From assembly GCA_032718475.1 (NCBI GenBank), contig JAUCBJ010002773.1, forward strand, positions 1-44,539: a DNA stretch of 44,539 nucleotides. The letters run 5' to 3'. Shown in pieces: positions 1 through 12,083 of this stretch (position 1 is the stretch's first letter; every line of letters starts with the position of its first letter). This stretch comes from Nemertoderma westbladi (taxonomy: Eukaryota > Animalia > Xenacoelomorpha). The translations under genes and the position numbers were made by a program. The notes below the pieces were generated by a model, which was not told the origin of the DNA, did not search any database, and saw only the letters and a program-made list of their open reading frames with translations.

Positions 1-527
1 TATCGGATCTTTTGCTAGGGACAATGGCGCAGATGAACAGTGGGAGAGATTTCGGCCGATCCTACACTGGGGCGACCATTGAGTAGTGTGGAGCACGACT
101 TATGGTGGACGGAGTTAGTAAGAAACTCAGCTGCTATAATATTCGTCGTCTTTGTTTGGACAAATGAATCTGGACGAGTCAGAGGCGTGGATGGTGGCAA
201 TGATTCTACATAATAAAATAAACATAGTGCATCCATAAACATGGGTCAGCGATTTGCAAATAAAAATATAATGAAATTCATCCGAACCATTCATTAGGGG
301 TAAAATTAGTTTTTTAAGCTCTTGGTGGAGACAAAATATCAGCTATCAAAAATAAGAGGGAATGTTTTTGTATATTATTGTTTGTGTTTAATTAATCAAA
401 TGATATTCATATCAACGTCGTTAGGACCTCTTAGCAAGGCATCTTCGGTTGATGTTAAGTATGCAATACTCTGTTTATACTGCACCCATGTATCAGGCAG
501 CTCATACTACGTCGAAAATATAATACA

Positions 528-3500
528 TAGTACCTGGTGCCTAGGCACTCAGTACTACCGTAGTACAACATGCCTAGGCACTCAGTACTACCTTAGTATT
601 AACCGCCTAGGCATTAGTTACTACCGTAGTACAACATGCCTAGGCACTCAGTACTACCTTAGTATTAACCGCCTAGGCATTAGTTACTACCGTAGTACAA
701 CATGCCTAGGCACTCAGTACTACCTTAGTATTAACCGCCTAGGCATTAGTTACTACCGTAGTACAACATGCATAGGCACTCAGTACTACCGTAGTACAAC
801 ATGCCTAGGCACTCAGTACTACCGTAGTATTAACCGCCTAGGCACCTGGTACTACAGTAGTATTAACCGCCTAGGCACTCAGTACTACCGCAGTATTAAC
901 CGCCTTGGTAACTGGTACTACCGTAGTACAACATGCCTAGGCATCAGATACTACCGTAGTATTAACCGCCTAGGCATCAGGCACTACAGTAGTATTAACC
1001 GCCTAGGCAACTTGTACTACCGTAGTATTAACCGCCTAGGCATCAGGTACTACTGTACCTTAGTATTAACCGCCTAGGCATCAGGTACTACAGTAGTATT
1101 AACCGCCTAGGCAACTGGTACTACCGTAGTATTAACCGCCTAGGCATAAGGTACTACCGTAGTACAACATGCCTAGGCATCAGATACTACCGTAGTACAA
1201 CATGCCTAGGCATCAGATACTACCGTAGTATTAACCGCCTAGGCATCAGGTACTACAGTAGTATTAACCGCCTAGGCAACTTGTAGTACCGTAGTATTAA
1301 CCGCCTAGGTATCAGGTACTACCTTAGTATTAACCGCCTAGGCATCAGGTACTACAGTAGTATTAACCGCCTAGGCAACTGGTACTACCGTAATATTAAC
1401 CGCCTAGGCATCAGATACTACCGTAGTATTAACCGCCTAGGCATCAGGTACTACAGTAGTATTAACCGCCTAGGCAACTTGTACTACCATAGTATTAACC
1501 GCCTAGGCTTCAGGTACTACCTTAGTATTAACCGCCTAGGCAACTGGTACTACCGTAGTATTAACCGCCTAGGCATCAGCCGGTACTACCTTAGTATTAA
1601 CTGCCTAGGCAACTGGTACTACCGTAGTATTAACTGCCTAGGCATCAGGTACTACCTTAGTATTAACCGCATATGCATCAGGTACTACCTTAGTATTAAC
1701 CGCCTAGGCATTAGTTACTACAGTAGTATTAACCGCCTAGGCATCAGGTACTACCTTAGTATTAACCGCCTAGGCAACTTGTACTACCGTAGTATTAACC
1801 GCCTAGGCATCAGGTACTACCTTAGTATTAACCGCCTAGGCATTAGTTACTACCGTAGTATTAACCGCCTAGGCAACTGTTACTACCGTAGTATTAACCG
1901 CCTAGGCATCAGGTACTACCTTAGTATTAACTGCCTAGGCAACTGGTACTACCGTAGTATTAACTGCCTAGGCATCAGGTACTACCTTAGTATTAACCGC
2001 CTATGCATCAGGTACTACCTTAGTATTAACCGCCTAGGCATTAGTTATTACAGTAGTATTAACCGCCTAGGCATCAGGTACTACCTTAGTATTAACTGCC
2101 TAGGCAACTGGTACTACCGTAGTATTAACTGCCTAGGCATCAGGTACTACCTTAGTATTAACCGCCTATGCATCAGGTACTACCTTAGTATTAACCGCCA
2201 AGGCATTAGTTACTACAGTAGTATTAACCGCCTAGGCATCAGGTACTACCTTAGTATTAACTGCCTAGGCAACTCGTACTACCCGTGATATTAACCGCCT
2301 TGGCAACTGGTACTACCGTAGTATTAACCGCCTAGGCATCAGGTACTACCGTAGTATTAACCGCCTAACCATTCGGTACTACAGTAGTATTACCCGCCTA
2401 GGCAACTGGTACTACCGTAGTATTAACCGCCTTGGCAACTGGTACTACCGTAGTATTAACTGCCCAGGCAACTGGTACTACCGTAATATTAACTGCCTAG
2501 GCATCAGGTACTACCGTAGTACTACCCGCCTAGGCATAAGGTACTACCGTAGTATTAACCGCCTAGGCAACTTGTACTACCTTAGTATTAACCGCCTAAC
2601 CATTCGGTACTACAGTAGTATTACCCGCCTAGGCATTCGGTACTACAGTAGTATTACCCGCCTAGGCATAATGTACTACCGTAGTATTAACCGCCTTGGT
2701 AACTGGTACTACCGTAGTACTACCCGCCTAGGCATAAGGTACTACCGTAGTATTAACCGCCTAGGCGACTGGTACTACCGTAGTATTAACCGCCTAGGCA
2801 TAATGTACTACCGTAATATTAACCGCCTAGGCAACAGGTACTACCGTAGTATTAACCGCCTTGGCAACTGGTACTACCGTAGTATTACCCGCCTATGCAT
2901 TAGGTACTACCGTAGTATCAACCGCATAAGCAACTGGTACTACCGTAGTACTACCCGCCTAGGCATAAGGTACTACCGTAGTATTAACCGCCTAGGCATC
3001 AGGTACTACCTTAGTATTAACCGCCTAGGCATTAGTTACTACCGTAGTATTAAACGCCTTAGCAACTGGTACTACCGTAGTATTAACTGCCTAGGCAACT
3101 GGTACTACCGTAGTATTACCCGCCTAGACATTAGTTACTACCGTAGTATTAACCGCCTAGGCATTAGTTACTACCGTAGTATTAACCGCCTAGGCATCAG
3201 GTACTACCGTAGTATTTTCCGCCTAGGCATCAGGTACTGCCGTAGTATTAACCGCTTAGGCAACTGGTACTACCGTAGTATTAACCGCCTAGGCAACTGG
3301 TACTACCGTAGTATTAACCGCCTAGGCATAAGGTACTACCGTAATATTAACCGCCTAGGCAACAGGTACTACCGTAGTATTAACCGCCTAGGCAACTGGT
3401 ACTACCGTAGTATTAACCGCCTAGACATCAGGTACTACCGTAGTATTAACCGCCTAAGCATTCGGTACTACAGTAGTATTACCCGCCTAGGCATAAGGTA

Positions 3501-4923
3501 CTACCGTAGTATTAACCGCCTAGGCAACAGGTACTACAGTAGTATTAACCGCCTAGGCAACTGGCACTACCGTAGTATTAACCGCCTAGGCATCAGGTAC
3601 TACCGTAGTATTAACCGCCTTGGCATTAGGTACTACCGTAGTATTAACCGCCTAGGCATCAGGTACTACCGTAGTACTACCCGCCTAGGCATAAGGTACT
3701 ACCGTAGTATTAACCGCCTTGGTAACTGGTACTACCGTAGTACTACCCGCCTAGGCATAAGGTACTACCGCAGTATTAACCGCCTAGGCAACTGGTACTA
3801 CCGTAGTATTAACTGCCTAGGCAACTGGTACTACCGTAATATTAACTGCCTAGGCATCAGGTACTACCGTAGTACTACCCGCCTAGGCATAAGGTACTAC
3901 CGTAGTATTAACCGCCTAGGCAACTTGTACTACCGTACTATTAACCGCCTAGGCATCAGGTACTACCTTAGTATTAACCGCCTAGGCATTAGTTACTACC
4001 GTAGTATTAACCGCCTAGGCAACTGGTACTACCGTAGTATTACCCGCCTAGGCAACTGGTACTACCGTAGTATTAAACGCCTTGGCAACTGGTACTACCG
4101 TAGTATTAACTGCCTAGGCGACTGGTACTACCGTAGTATTACCCGCCTAGACATTAGTTACTACCGTAGTATTAACCACCTAGGCATTAGTTACTACCGT
4201 AGTATTAACCGCCTAGGCATCAGGTACTACCGTAGTATTTTCCGCATAGGCATCAGGTACTGCCGTAATATTAACCGCTTAGGCAACTGGTAACTACCGT
4301 AGTATTAACCGCCTAGGCATTCGGTACTACCGTAGTATTACCCGCCTAGGCATTAGGTTCTACCGTAGTATTAACCGCCTAGACATTAGTTACTACCGTA
4401 GTATTAACCGCCTAGGCATCAGGTACTACCGTAGTATTTTCCGCCTAGGCATAAGGCACTACCGTAGTACTAACCGCCTAGGCAACTGGTACTACCGTAG
4501 TATTAACCGCCTAGGCATCAGGTACTACCGTAGTATTACCCGCCTAGACATTAGTTACTACCGTAGTATTAACCGCCTAGGCATCAGGTACTACCGTAGT
4601 ATTTTCCGCCTAGGCATAAGGCACTACCGTAGTACTAACCGCCTAGGCAACTGGTACTACCGTAGTATTAACCGCCTAGGCATCAGGTACTACCGTAGTA
4701 TTACCCGCCTAGACATTAGTTACTACCGTAGTATTAACCGCCTAGGCATCAGGTACTACCGTAGTATTTTCCGCCTAGGCATAAGGCACTACCGTAGTAC
4801 TAACCGCCTAGGCAACTGGTACTACCGTAGTATTAACCGCCTAGGCATCAGGTACTACCGTAGTATTAACCGCCTAGGCATCAGGTGCTACCGTAGTACT
4901 AACCGCCTAGGCAACTGGTACTA
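528..4923 (+). repeat. 33-bp satellite A, copy 1 (consensus TACTACCGTAGTATTAACCGCCTAGGCATCAGG, ~133 units)
   Basis: Direct reading; the period gives the 11-aa YYRSINRLGIR repeat in the ORF track. A 165-bp (5-mer) higher-order block recurs at 4381, 4546 and 4711. Confidence 0.97.
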
Positions 4924-4994
4924 ACTAGCGCCAACAGACTAGCTGCACTTCCTAATTATTTCGCTTCGTCCCGTCAAAAATTTAACTGTAACCT

Positions 4995-6127
4995 GCGCAG
5001 ATGAACAGTGGAAGGGTGGCCACATGTAGGTATCGGATCTTTTGCTAGGGACAATGGCGCAGATGAACAGTGGAAGGGTGGCCACATGTAGGTATCGGAT
5101 CTTTTGCTAGGGACAATGGCGCAGATGAACAGTGGAAGGGTGGCCACATGTAGGTATCGGATCTTTTGCTAGGCACAATGGCGCAGATGAACAGTGGAAG
5201 GGTGGCCACATGTAGGTATCGGATCTTTTGCTAGGGACAATGGCGCAGATGAACAGTGGAAGGGTGGCCACATGTAGGTATCGGATCTTTTGCTAGGGAC
5301 AATGGCGCAGATGAACAGTGGAAGGGTGGCCACATGTAGGTATCGGATCTTTTGCTAGGGACAATGGCGCAGATGAACAGTGGAAGGGTGGCCACATGTA
5401 GGTATCGGATCTTTTGCTAGGGACAATGGCGCAGATGAACAGTGGAAGGGTGGCCACATGTAGGTATCGGATCTTTTGCTAGGGACAATGGCGCAGATGA
5501 ACAGTGGAAGGGTGGCCACATGTAGGTATCGGATCTTTTGCTAGGGACAATGGCGCAGATGAACAGTGGAAGGGTGGCCACATGTAGGTATCGGATCTTT
5601 TGCTAGGGACAATGGCGCAGATGAACAGTGGAAGGGTGGCCACATGTAGGTATCGGATCTTTTGCTAGGGACAATGGCGCAGATGAACAGTGGAAGGGTG
5701 GCCACATGTAGGTATCGGATCTTTTGCTAGGGACAATGGCGCAGATGAACAGTGGAAGGGTGGCCACATGTAGGTATCGGATCTTTTGCTAGGGACAATG
5801 GCGCAGATGAACAGTGGGAGGGTGGCCACATGTAGGTATCGGATCTTTTGCTAGGGACAATGGCGCAGATGAACAGTGGAAGGGTGGCCACATGTAGGTA
5901 TCGGATCTTTTGCTAGGGACAATGGCGCAGATGAACAGTGGAAGAGGGGCCACATGTAGGTATCGGATCTTTTGCTAGGGGCAATGGCGCAGATGAACAG
6001 TGGAAGAGGGGCCACATGTAGGTATCGGATCTTTTGCTAGGGACAATGGCGCAGATGAACAGTGGAAGGGTGGCCACATGTAGGTATCGGATCTTTTGCT
6101 AGGGACAATGGCGCAGATGAACAGTGG
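4995..6127 (+). repeat. 62-bp tandem array, ~18 near-identical units
   Basis: The unit TATCGGATCTTTTGCTAGGGACAATGGCGCAGATGAACAGTGGAAGGGTGGCCACATGTAGG starts at 5031+62n up to 6085. The tail of the same array is at 1-43. Confidence 0.97.
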
Positions 6128-6611
6128 GAGAGATTTCGGCCGATCCTACACTGGGGCGACCATTGAGTAGTGTGGAGCACGACTTATGGTGGACGGAGTT
6201 AGTAAGAAACTCAGCTGCTATAATATTCGTCGTCTTTGTTTGGACAAATGAATCTGGACGAGTCAGAGGCGTGGATGGTGGCAATGATTCTACATAATAA
6301 AATAAACATAGTGCATCCATAAACATGGGTCAGCGATTTGCAAATAAAAATATAATGAAATTCATCCGAACCATTCATTAGGGGTAAAATTAGTTTTTTA
6401 AGCTCTTGGTGGAGACAAAATATCAGCTATCAAAAATAAGAGGGAATGTTTTTGTATATTATTGTTTGTGTTTAATTAATCAAATGATATTCATATCAAC
6501 GTCGTTAGGACCTCTTAGCAAGGCATCTTCGGTTGATGTTAAGTATGCAATACTCTGTTTATACTGCACCCATGTATCAGGCAGCTCATACTACGTCGAA
6601 AATATAATACG

Positions 6612-9600
6612 TAGTACCTGGTGCCTAGGCACTCAGTACTACCGTAGTACAACATGCCTAGGCACTCAGTACTACCTTAGTATTAACCGCCTAGGCATTA
6701 GTTACTACCGTAGTACAACATGCCTAGGCACTCAGTACTACCGTAGTACAACATGCCTAGGCACTCAGTACTACCGTAGTATTAACCGCCTAGGCACCTG
6801 GTACTACAGTAGTATTAACCGCCTAGGCACTCAGTACTACCGCAGTATTAACCGCCTTGGTAACTGGTACTACCGTAGTACAACATGCCTAGGCATCAGA
6901 TACTACCGTAGTATTAACCGCCTAGGCATCAGGCACTACAGTAGTATTAACCGCCTAGGCAACTTGTACTACCGTAGTATTAACCGCCTAGGCATCAGGT
7001 ACTACTGTACCTTAGTATTAACCGCCTAGGCATCAGGTACTACAGTAGTATTAACCGCCTAGGCAACTGGTACTACCGTAGTATTAACCGCCTAGGCATA
7101 AGGTACTACCGTAGTACAACATGCCTAGGCATCAGATACTACCGTAGTACAACATGCCTAGGCATCAGATACTACCGTAGTATTAACCGCCTAGGCATCA
7201 GGTACTACAGTAGTATTAACCGCCTAGGCAACTTGTAGTACCGTAGTATTAACCGCCTAGGTATCAGGTACTACCTTAGTATTAACCGCCTAGGCATCAG
7301 GTACTACAGTAGTATTAACCGCCTAGGCAACTGGTACTACCGTAATATTAACCGCCTAGGCATCAGATACTACCGTAGTATTAACCGCCTAGGCATCAGG
7401 TACTACAGTAGTATTAACCGCCTAGGCAACTTGTACTACCATAGTATTAACCGCCTAGGCTTCAGGTACTACCTTAGTATTAACCGCCTAGGCAACTGGT
7501 ACTACCGTAGTATTAACCGCCTAGGCATCAGCAGGTACTACCTTAGTATTAACTGCCTAGGCAACTGGTACTACCGTAGTATTAACTGCCTAGGCATCAG
7601 GTACTACCTTAGTATTAACCGCATATGCATCAGGTACTACCTTAGTATTAACCGCCTAGGCATTAGTTACTACAGTAGTATTAACCGCCTAGGCATCAGG
7701 TACTACCTTAGTATTAACCGCCTAGGCAACTTGTACTACCGTAGTATTAACCGCCTAGGCATCAGGTACTACCTTAGTATTAACCGCCTAGGCATTAGTT
7801 ACTACCGTAGTATTAACCGCCTAGGCAACTGTTACTACCGTAGTATTAACCGCCTAGGCATCAGGTACTACCTTAGTATTAACTGCCTAGGCAACTGGTA
7901 CTACCGTAGTATTAACTGCCTAGGCATCAGGTACTACCTTAGTATTAACCGCCTATGCATCAGGTACTACCTTAGTATTAACCGCCTAGGCATTAGTTAT
8001 TACAGTAGTATTAACCGCCTAGGCATCAGGTACTACCTTAGTATTAACTGCCTAGGCAACTGGTACTACCGTAGTATTAACTGCCTAGGCATCAGGTACT
8101 ACCTTAGTATTAACCGCCTATGCATCAGGTACTACCTTAGTATTAACCGCCAAGGCATTAGTTACTACAGTAGTATTAACCGCCTAGGCATCAGGTACTA
8201 CCTTAGTATTAACTGCCTAGGCAACTCGTACTACCCGTGATATTAACCGCCTTGGCAACTGGTACTACCGTAGTATTAACCGCCTAGGCATCAGGTACTA
8301 CCGTAGTATTAACCGCCTAACCATTCGGTACTACAGTAGTATTACCCGCCTAGGCAACTGGTACTACCGTAGTATTAACCGCCTTGGCAACTGGTACTAC
8401 CGTAGTATTAACTGCCCAGGCAACTGGTACTACCGTAATATTAACTGCCTAGGCATCAGGTACTACCGTAGTACTACCCGCCTAGGCATAAGGTACTACC
8501 GTAGTATTAACCGCCTAGGCAACTTGTACTACCTTAGTATTAACCGCCTAACCATTCGGTACTACAGTAGTATTACCCGCCTAGGCATTCGGTACTACAG
8601 TAGTATTACCCGCCTAGGCATAATGTACTACCGTAGTATTAACCGCCTTGGTAACTGGTACTACCGTAGTACTACCCGCCTAGGCATAAGGTACTACCGT
8701 AGTATTAACCGCCTAGGCGACTGGTACTACCGTAGTATTAACCGCCTAGGCATAATGTACTACCGTAATATTAACCGCCTAGGCAACAGGTACTACCGTA
8801 GTATTAACCGCCTTGGCAACTGGTACTACCGTAGTATTACCCGCCTATGCATTAGGTACTACCGTAGTATCAACCGCATAAGCAACTGGTACTACCGTAG
8901 TACTACCCGCCTAGGCATAAGGTACTACCGTAGTATTAACCGCCTAGGCATCAGGTACTACCTTAGTATTAACCGCCTAGGCATTAGTTACTACCGTAGT
9001 ATTAAACGCCTTAGCAACTGGTACTACCGTAGTATTAACTGCCTAGGCAACTGGTACTACCGTAGTATTACCCGCCTAGACATTAGTTACTACCGTAGTA
9101 TTAACCGCCTAGGCATTAGTTACTACCGTAGTATTAACCGCCTAGGCATCAGGTACTACCGTAGTATTTTCCGCCTAGGCATCAGGTACTGCCGTAGTAT
9201 TAACCGCTTAGGCAACTGGTACTACCGTAGTATTAACCGCCTAGGCAACTGGTACTACCGTAGTATTAACCGCCTAGGCATAAGGTACTACCGTAATATT
9301 AACCGCCTAGGCAACAGGTACTACCGTAGTATTAACCGCCTAGGCAACTGGTACTACCGTAGTATTAACCGCCTAGACATCAGGTACTACCGTAGTATTA
9401 ACCGCCTAAGCATTCGGTACTACAGTAGTATTACCCGCCTAGGCATAAGGTACTACCGTAGTATTAACCGCCTAGGCAACAGGTACTACAGTAGTATTAA
9501 CCGCCTAGGCAACTGGCACTACCGTAGTATTAACCGCCTAGGCATCAGGTACTACCGTAGTATTAACCGCCTTGGCATTAGGTACTACCGTAGTATTAAC

Positions 9601-10710
9601 CGCCTAGGCATCAGGTACTACCGTAGTACTACCCGCCTAGGCATAAGGTACTACCGTAGTATTAACCGCCTTGGTAACTGGTACTACCGTAGTACTACCC
9701 GCCTAGGCATAAGGTACTACCGCAGTATTAACCGCCTAGGCAACTGGTACTACCGTAGTATTAACTGCCTAGGCAACTGGTACTACCGTAATATTAACTG
9801 CCTAGGCATCAGGTACTACCGTAGTACTACCCGCCTAGGCATAAGGTACTACCGTAGTATTAACCGCCTAGGCAACTTGTACTACCGTACTATTAACCGC
9901 CTAGGCATCAGGTACTACCTTAGTATTAACCGCCTAGGCATTAGTTACTACCGTAGTATTAACCGCCTAGGCAACTGGTACTACCGTAGTATTACCCGCC
10001 TAGGCAACTGGTACTACCGTAGTATTAAACGCCTTGGCAACTGGTACTACCGTAGTATTAACTGCCTAGGCGACTGGTACTACCGTAGTATTACCCGCCT
10101 AGACATTAGTTACTACCGTAGTATTAACCACCTAGGCATTAGTTACTACCGTAGTATTAACCGCCTAGGCATCAGGTACTACCGTAGTATTTTCCGCATA
10201 GGCATCAGGTACTGCCGTAATATTAACCGCTTAGGCAACTGGTAACTACCGTAGTATTAACCGCCTAGGCATTCGGTACTACCGTAGTATTACCCGCCTA
10301 GGCATTAGGTTCTACCGTAGTATTAACCGCCTAGACATTAGTTACTACCGTAGTATTAACCGCCTAGGCATCAGGTACTACCGTAGTATTTTCCGCCTAG
10401 GCATAAGGCACTACCGTAGTACTAACCGCCTAGGCAACTGGTACTACCGTAGTATTAACCGCCTAGGCATCAGGTACTACCGTAGTATTACCCGCCTAGA
10501 CATTAGTTACTACCGTAGTATTAACCGCCTAGGCATCAGGTACTACCGTAGTATTTTCCGCCTAGGCATAAGGCACTACCGTAGTACTAACCGCCTAGGC
10601 AACTGGTACTACCGTAGTATTAACCGCCTAGGCATCAGGTACTACCGTAGTATAAACCGCCTAGGCATCAGGTGCTACCGTAGTACTAACCGCCTAGGCA
10701 ACTGGTACTA
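6612..10710 (+). repeat. 33-bp satellite A, copy 2 (~124 units)
   Basis: Same variant order as copy 1, 9 units shorter. Confidence 0.97.
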
Positions 10711-10771
10711 ACTAGCGCCAACAGACTAGCTGCACTTCCTAATTATTTCGCTTCGTCCCGTCAAAAATTTA

Positions 10772-10850
10772 ACTGTAACCTGTGTTATTGACTCTCGTTT
10801 ATTGTTTTGGTTAGAATAACGTGCCACTATAACCTGCTCCTTTCCCTAAA
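10772..10850 (-). repeat. Fragment of a dispersed repeat family (CGTTTATTGTTTTGGTT core)
   Basis: The same core occurs at ~41780, ~43380 and ~43910, and as reverse complement at ~42080 and ~42340. Confidence 0.55.
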
Positions 10851-11206
10851 TTGAGGTATAGCATTGTAAATTCTACCTATTCGGACCTTCATCCCACTTA
10901 GACCTTCGTATACTACGGTAGTATCTGGTGCCTAGGCACTTAGTACTAGGGTATTACCTGATGTCGGGTAGTAGGGTACCTGTTACCTCTTACACCCCTG
11001 TTTATTGGAATTCCATCGAATTAAAACGAGATTGTTTATGACAAGATGTTCTTGAGAACTTTGCAATGTTACAGCTGTGATTCTAGCTTGGATGCCATTA
11101 CATGAGTGGCATGTCGACACCACCCCACATGGTGCTGGAAACGTCTTTTGTGAAATCGCGTGTAACAATTTATGTTATTAACGATTAATAATAATGACTT
11201 ACTTTT

Positions 11207-11262
11207 ATGATTGGCTGTTAGTGGTGAGCTGCCCATGATTGGCTGTTAGTGGTGAGCTGCCC
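11207..11262. repeat. 28-bp perfect tandem duplication
   Basis: ATGATTGGCTGTTAGTGGTGAGCTGCCC x2. Confidence 0.9.
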
Positions 11263-12009
11263 ATCTCAAGATAGTGTTAAGCTTTGTGTCGGCATATGGT
11301 TGGAATTCCTGCAAATACAAATTATCACTAATTAGCTGCTCAAGTAGGTTGATTTTTGTTCCGATCACAGTGAATTTTGTTCCTATGACTGTGAACGTTT
11401 TATGACATATTTTAATTAGTTTCTCCAGTACTGCAGTTTTTGTCACGTTTTAATTACGAAACCAAAATATTTTCTTCGAAAAACAACATCTCAATGTGGG
11501 ATTGAACCCGGTATCTAAACCCGGAACCCGGATTGAACCCGGAATTCTAAGTCAAACGACCAATATGAAGAAACCAAAAGCGCAATATCACCAACAACAA
11601 CAACAACAACAAACAGAGTGGCCATTAGAGATCTACGCCGACCTAAAAATCAATAAGTTACAATACGATAAAAAATTGTATTTAATGTGTTGGGCCATGA
11701 ATAAAATATCACCTTGTTAAGTTACATTTACCTCAGTTTAACTTAAAAATAATTAATTAGAATGTCAACGCCGGCGTTAACACAACGAGTATGAAACTCC
11801 TCAATTTCCGCTCCAGACAGACAGGAAATGCATTCATTCTTATTCACTATCCCTCCAGCAGTAGGTACCTAAAGTACAGTAGTTGGTTCCTAAAATATAT
11901 ATAGTTCTTACGGAATAGATGTATGTGAGATAGCTGTTTTATATAGCCTATGACACATTGTCCGCAATCATTTACAGAGAACTATTAGAACTCAATCCCC
12001 GAGGGGGTT

Positions 12010-12032
12010 TGTGTGTGTGTGTGTGTGTGTGT
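12010..12032. repeat. (GT)n microsatellite
   Basis: About 11 GT units. Confidence 0.9.
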
Positions 12033-12083
12033 TTTGTTGCTGTTTATTCATCCATCGTCCCATTCAGTAATTAACAACTATCC

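Larger units (their letters stand above)
1..10782. repeat. Head-to-tail tandem duplication of a ~6 kb composite unit (62-bp array + unique segment + 33-bp satellite + ~70 bp unique)
   Basis: Position 1 matches 6085 (offset 6084). Later offsets are 5952 and 5787, differing by 4x33 and 5x33 bp. The shared right end AACTGTAACCTG is at 4995 and 10782. The ORF track shows identical ORFs at these offsets. Confidence 0.95.

Noticed and set aside
528-6127. CRISPR array
   Set aside because: No unique spacers (only a ~5-nt variable patch with recurring variants), no cas genes, and a eukaryotic context.
4995-6127. Hammerhead ribozyme/retrozyme repeat
   Set aside because: The unit has CAGATGA rather than CTGANGA, and no properly placed GAAA core on either strand.
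322-10245. Long ORFs with YYRSINRLGIR repeats as real proteins
   Set aside because: They are translations of a 33-bp satellite. Starts are TTG, and frame-breaking indels and stops occur (e.g. ~1055, ~1285, ~4292) and are copied in both duplicates.
11496-11545. tRNA gene (GGTTCAATCCC B-box-like motif on the minus strand)
   Set aside because: No A box or cloverleaf.
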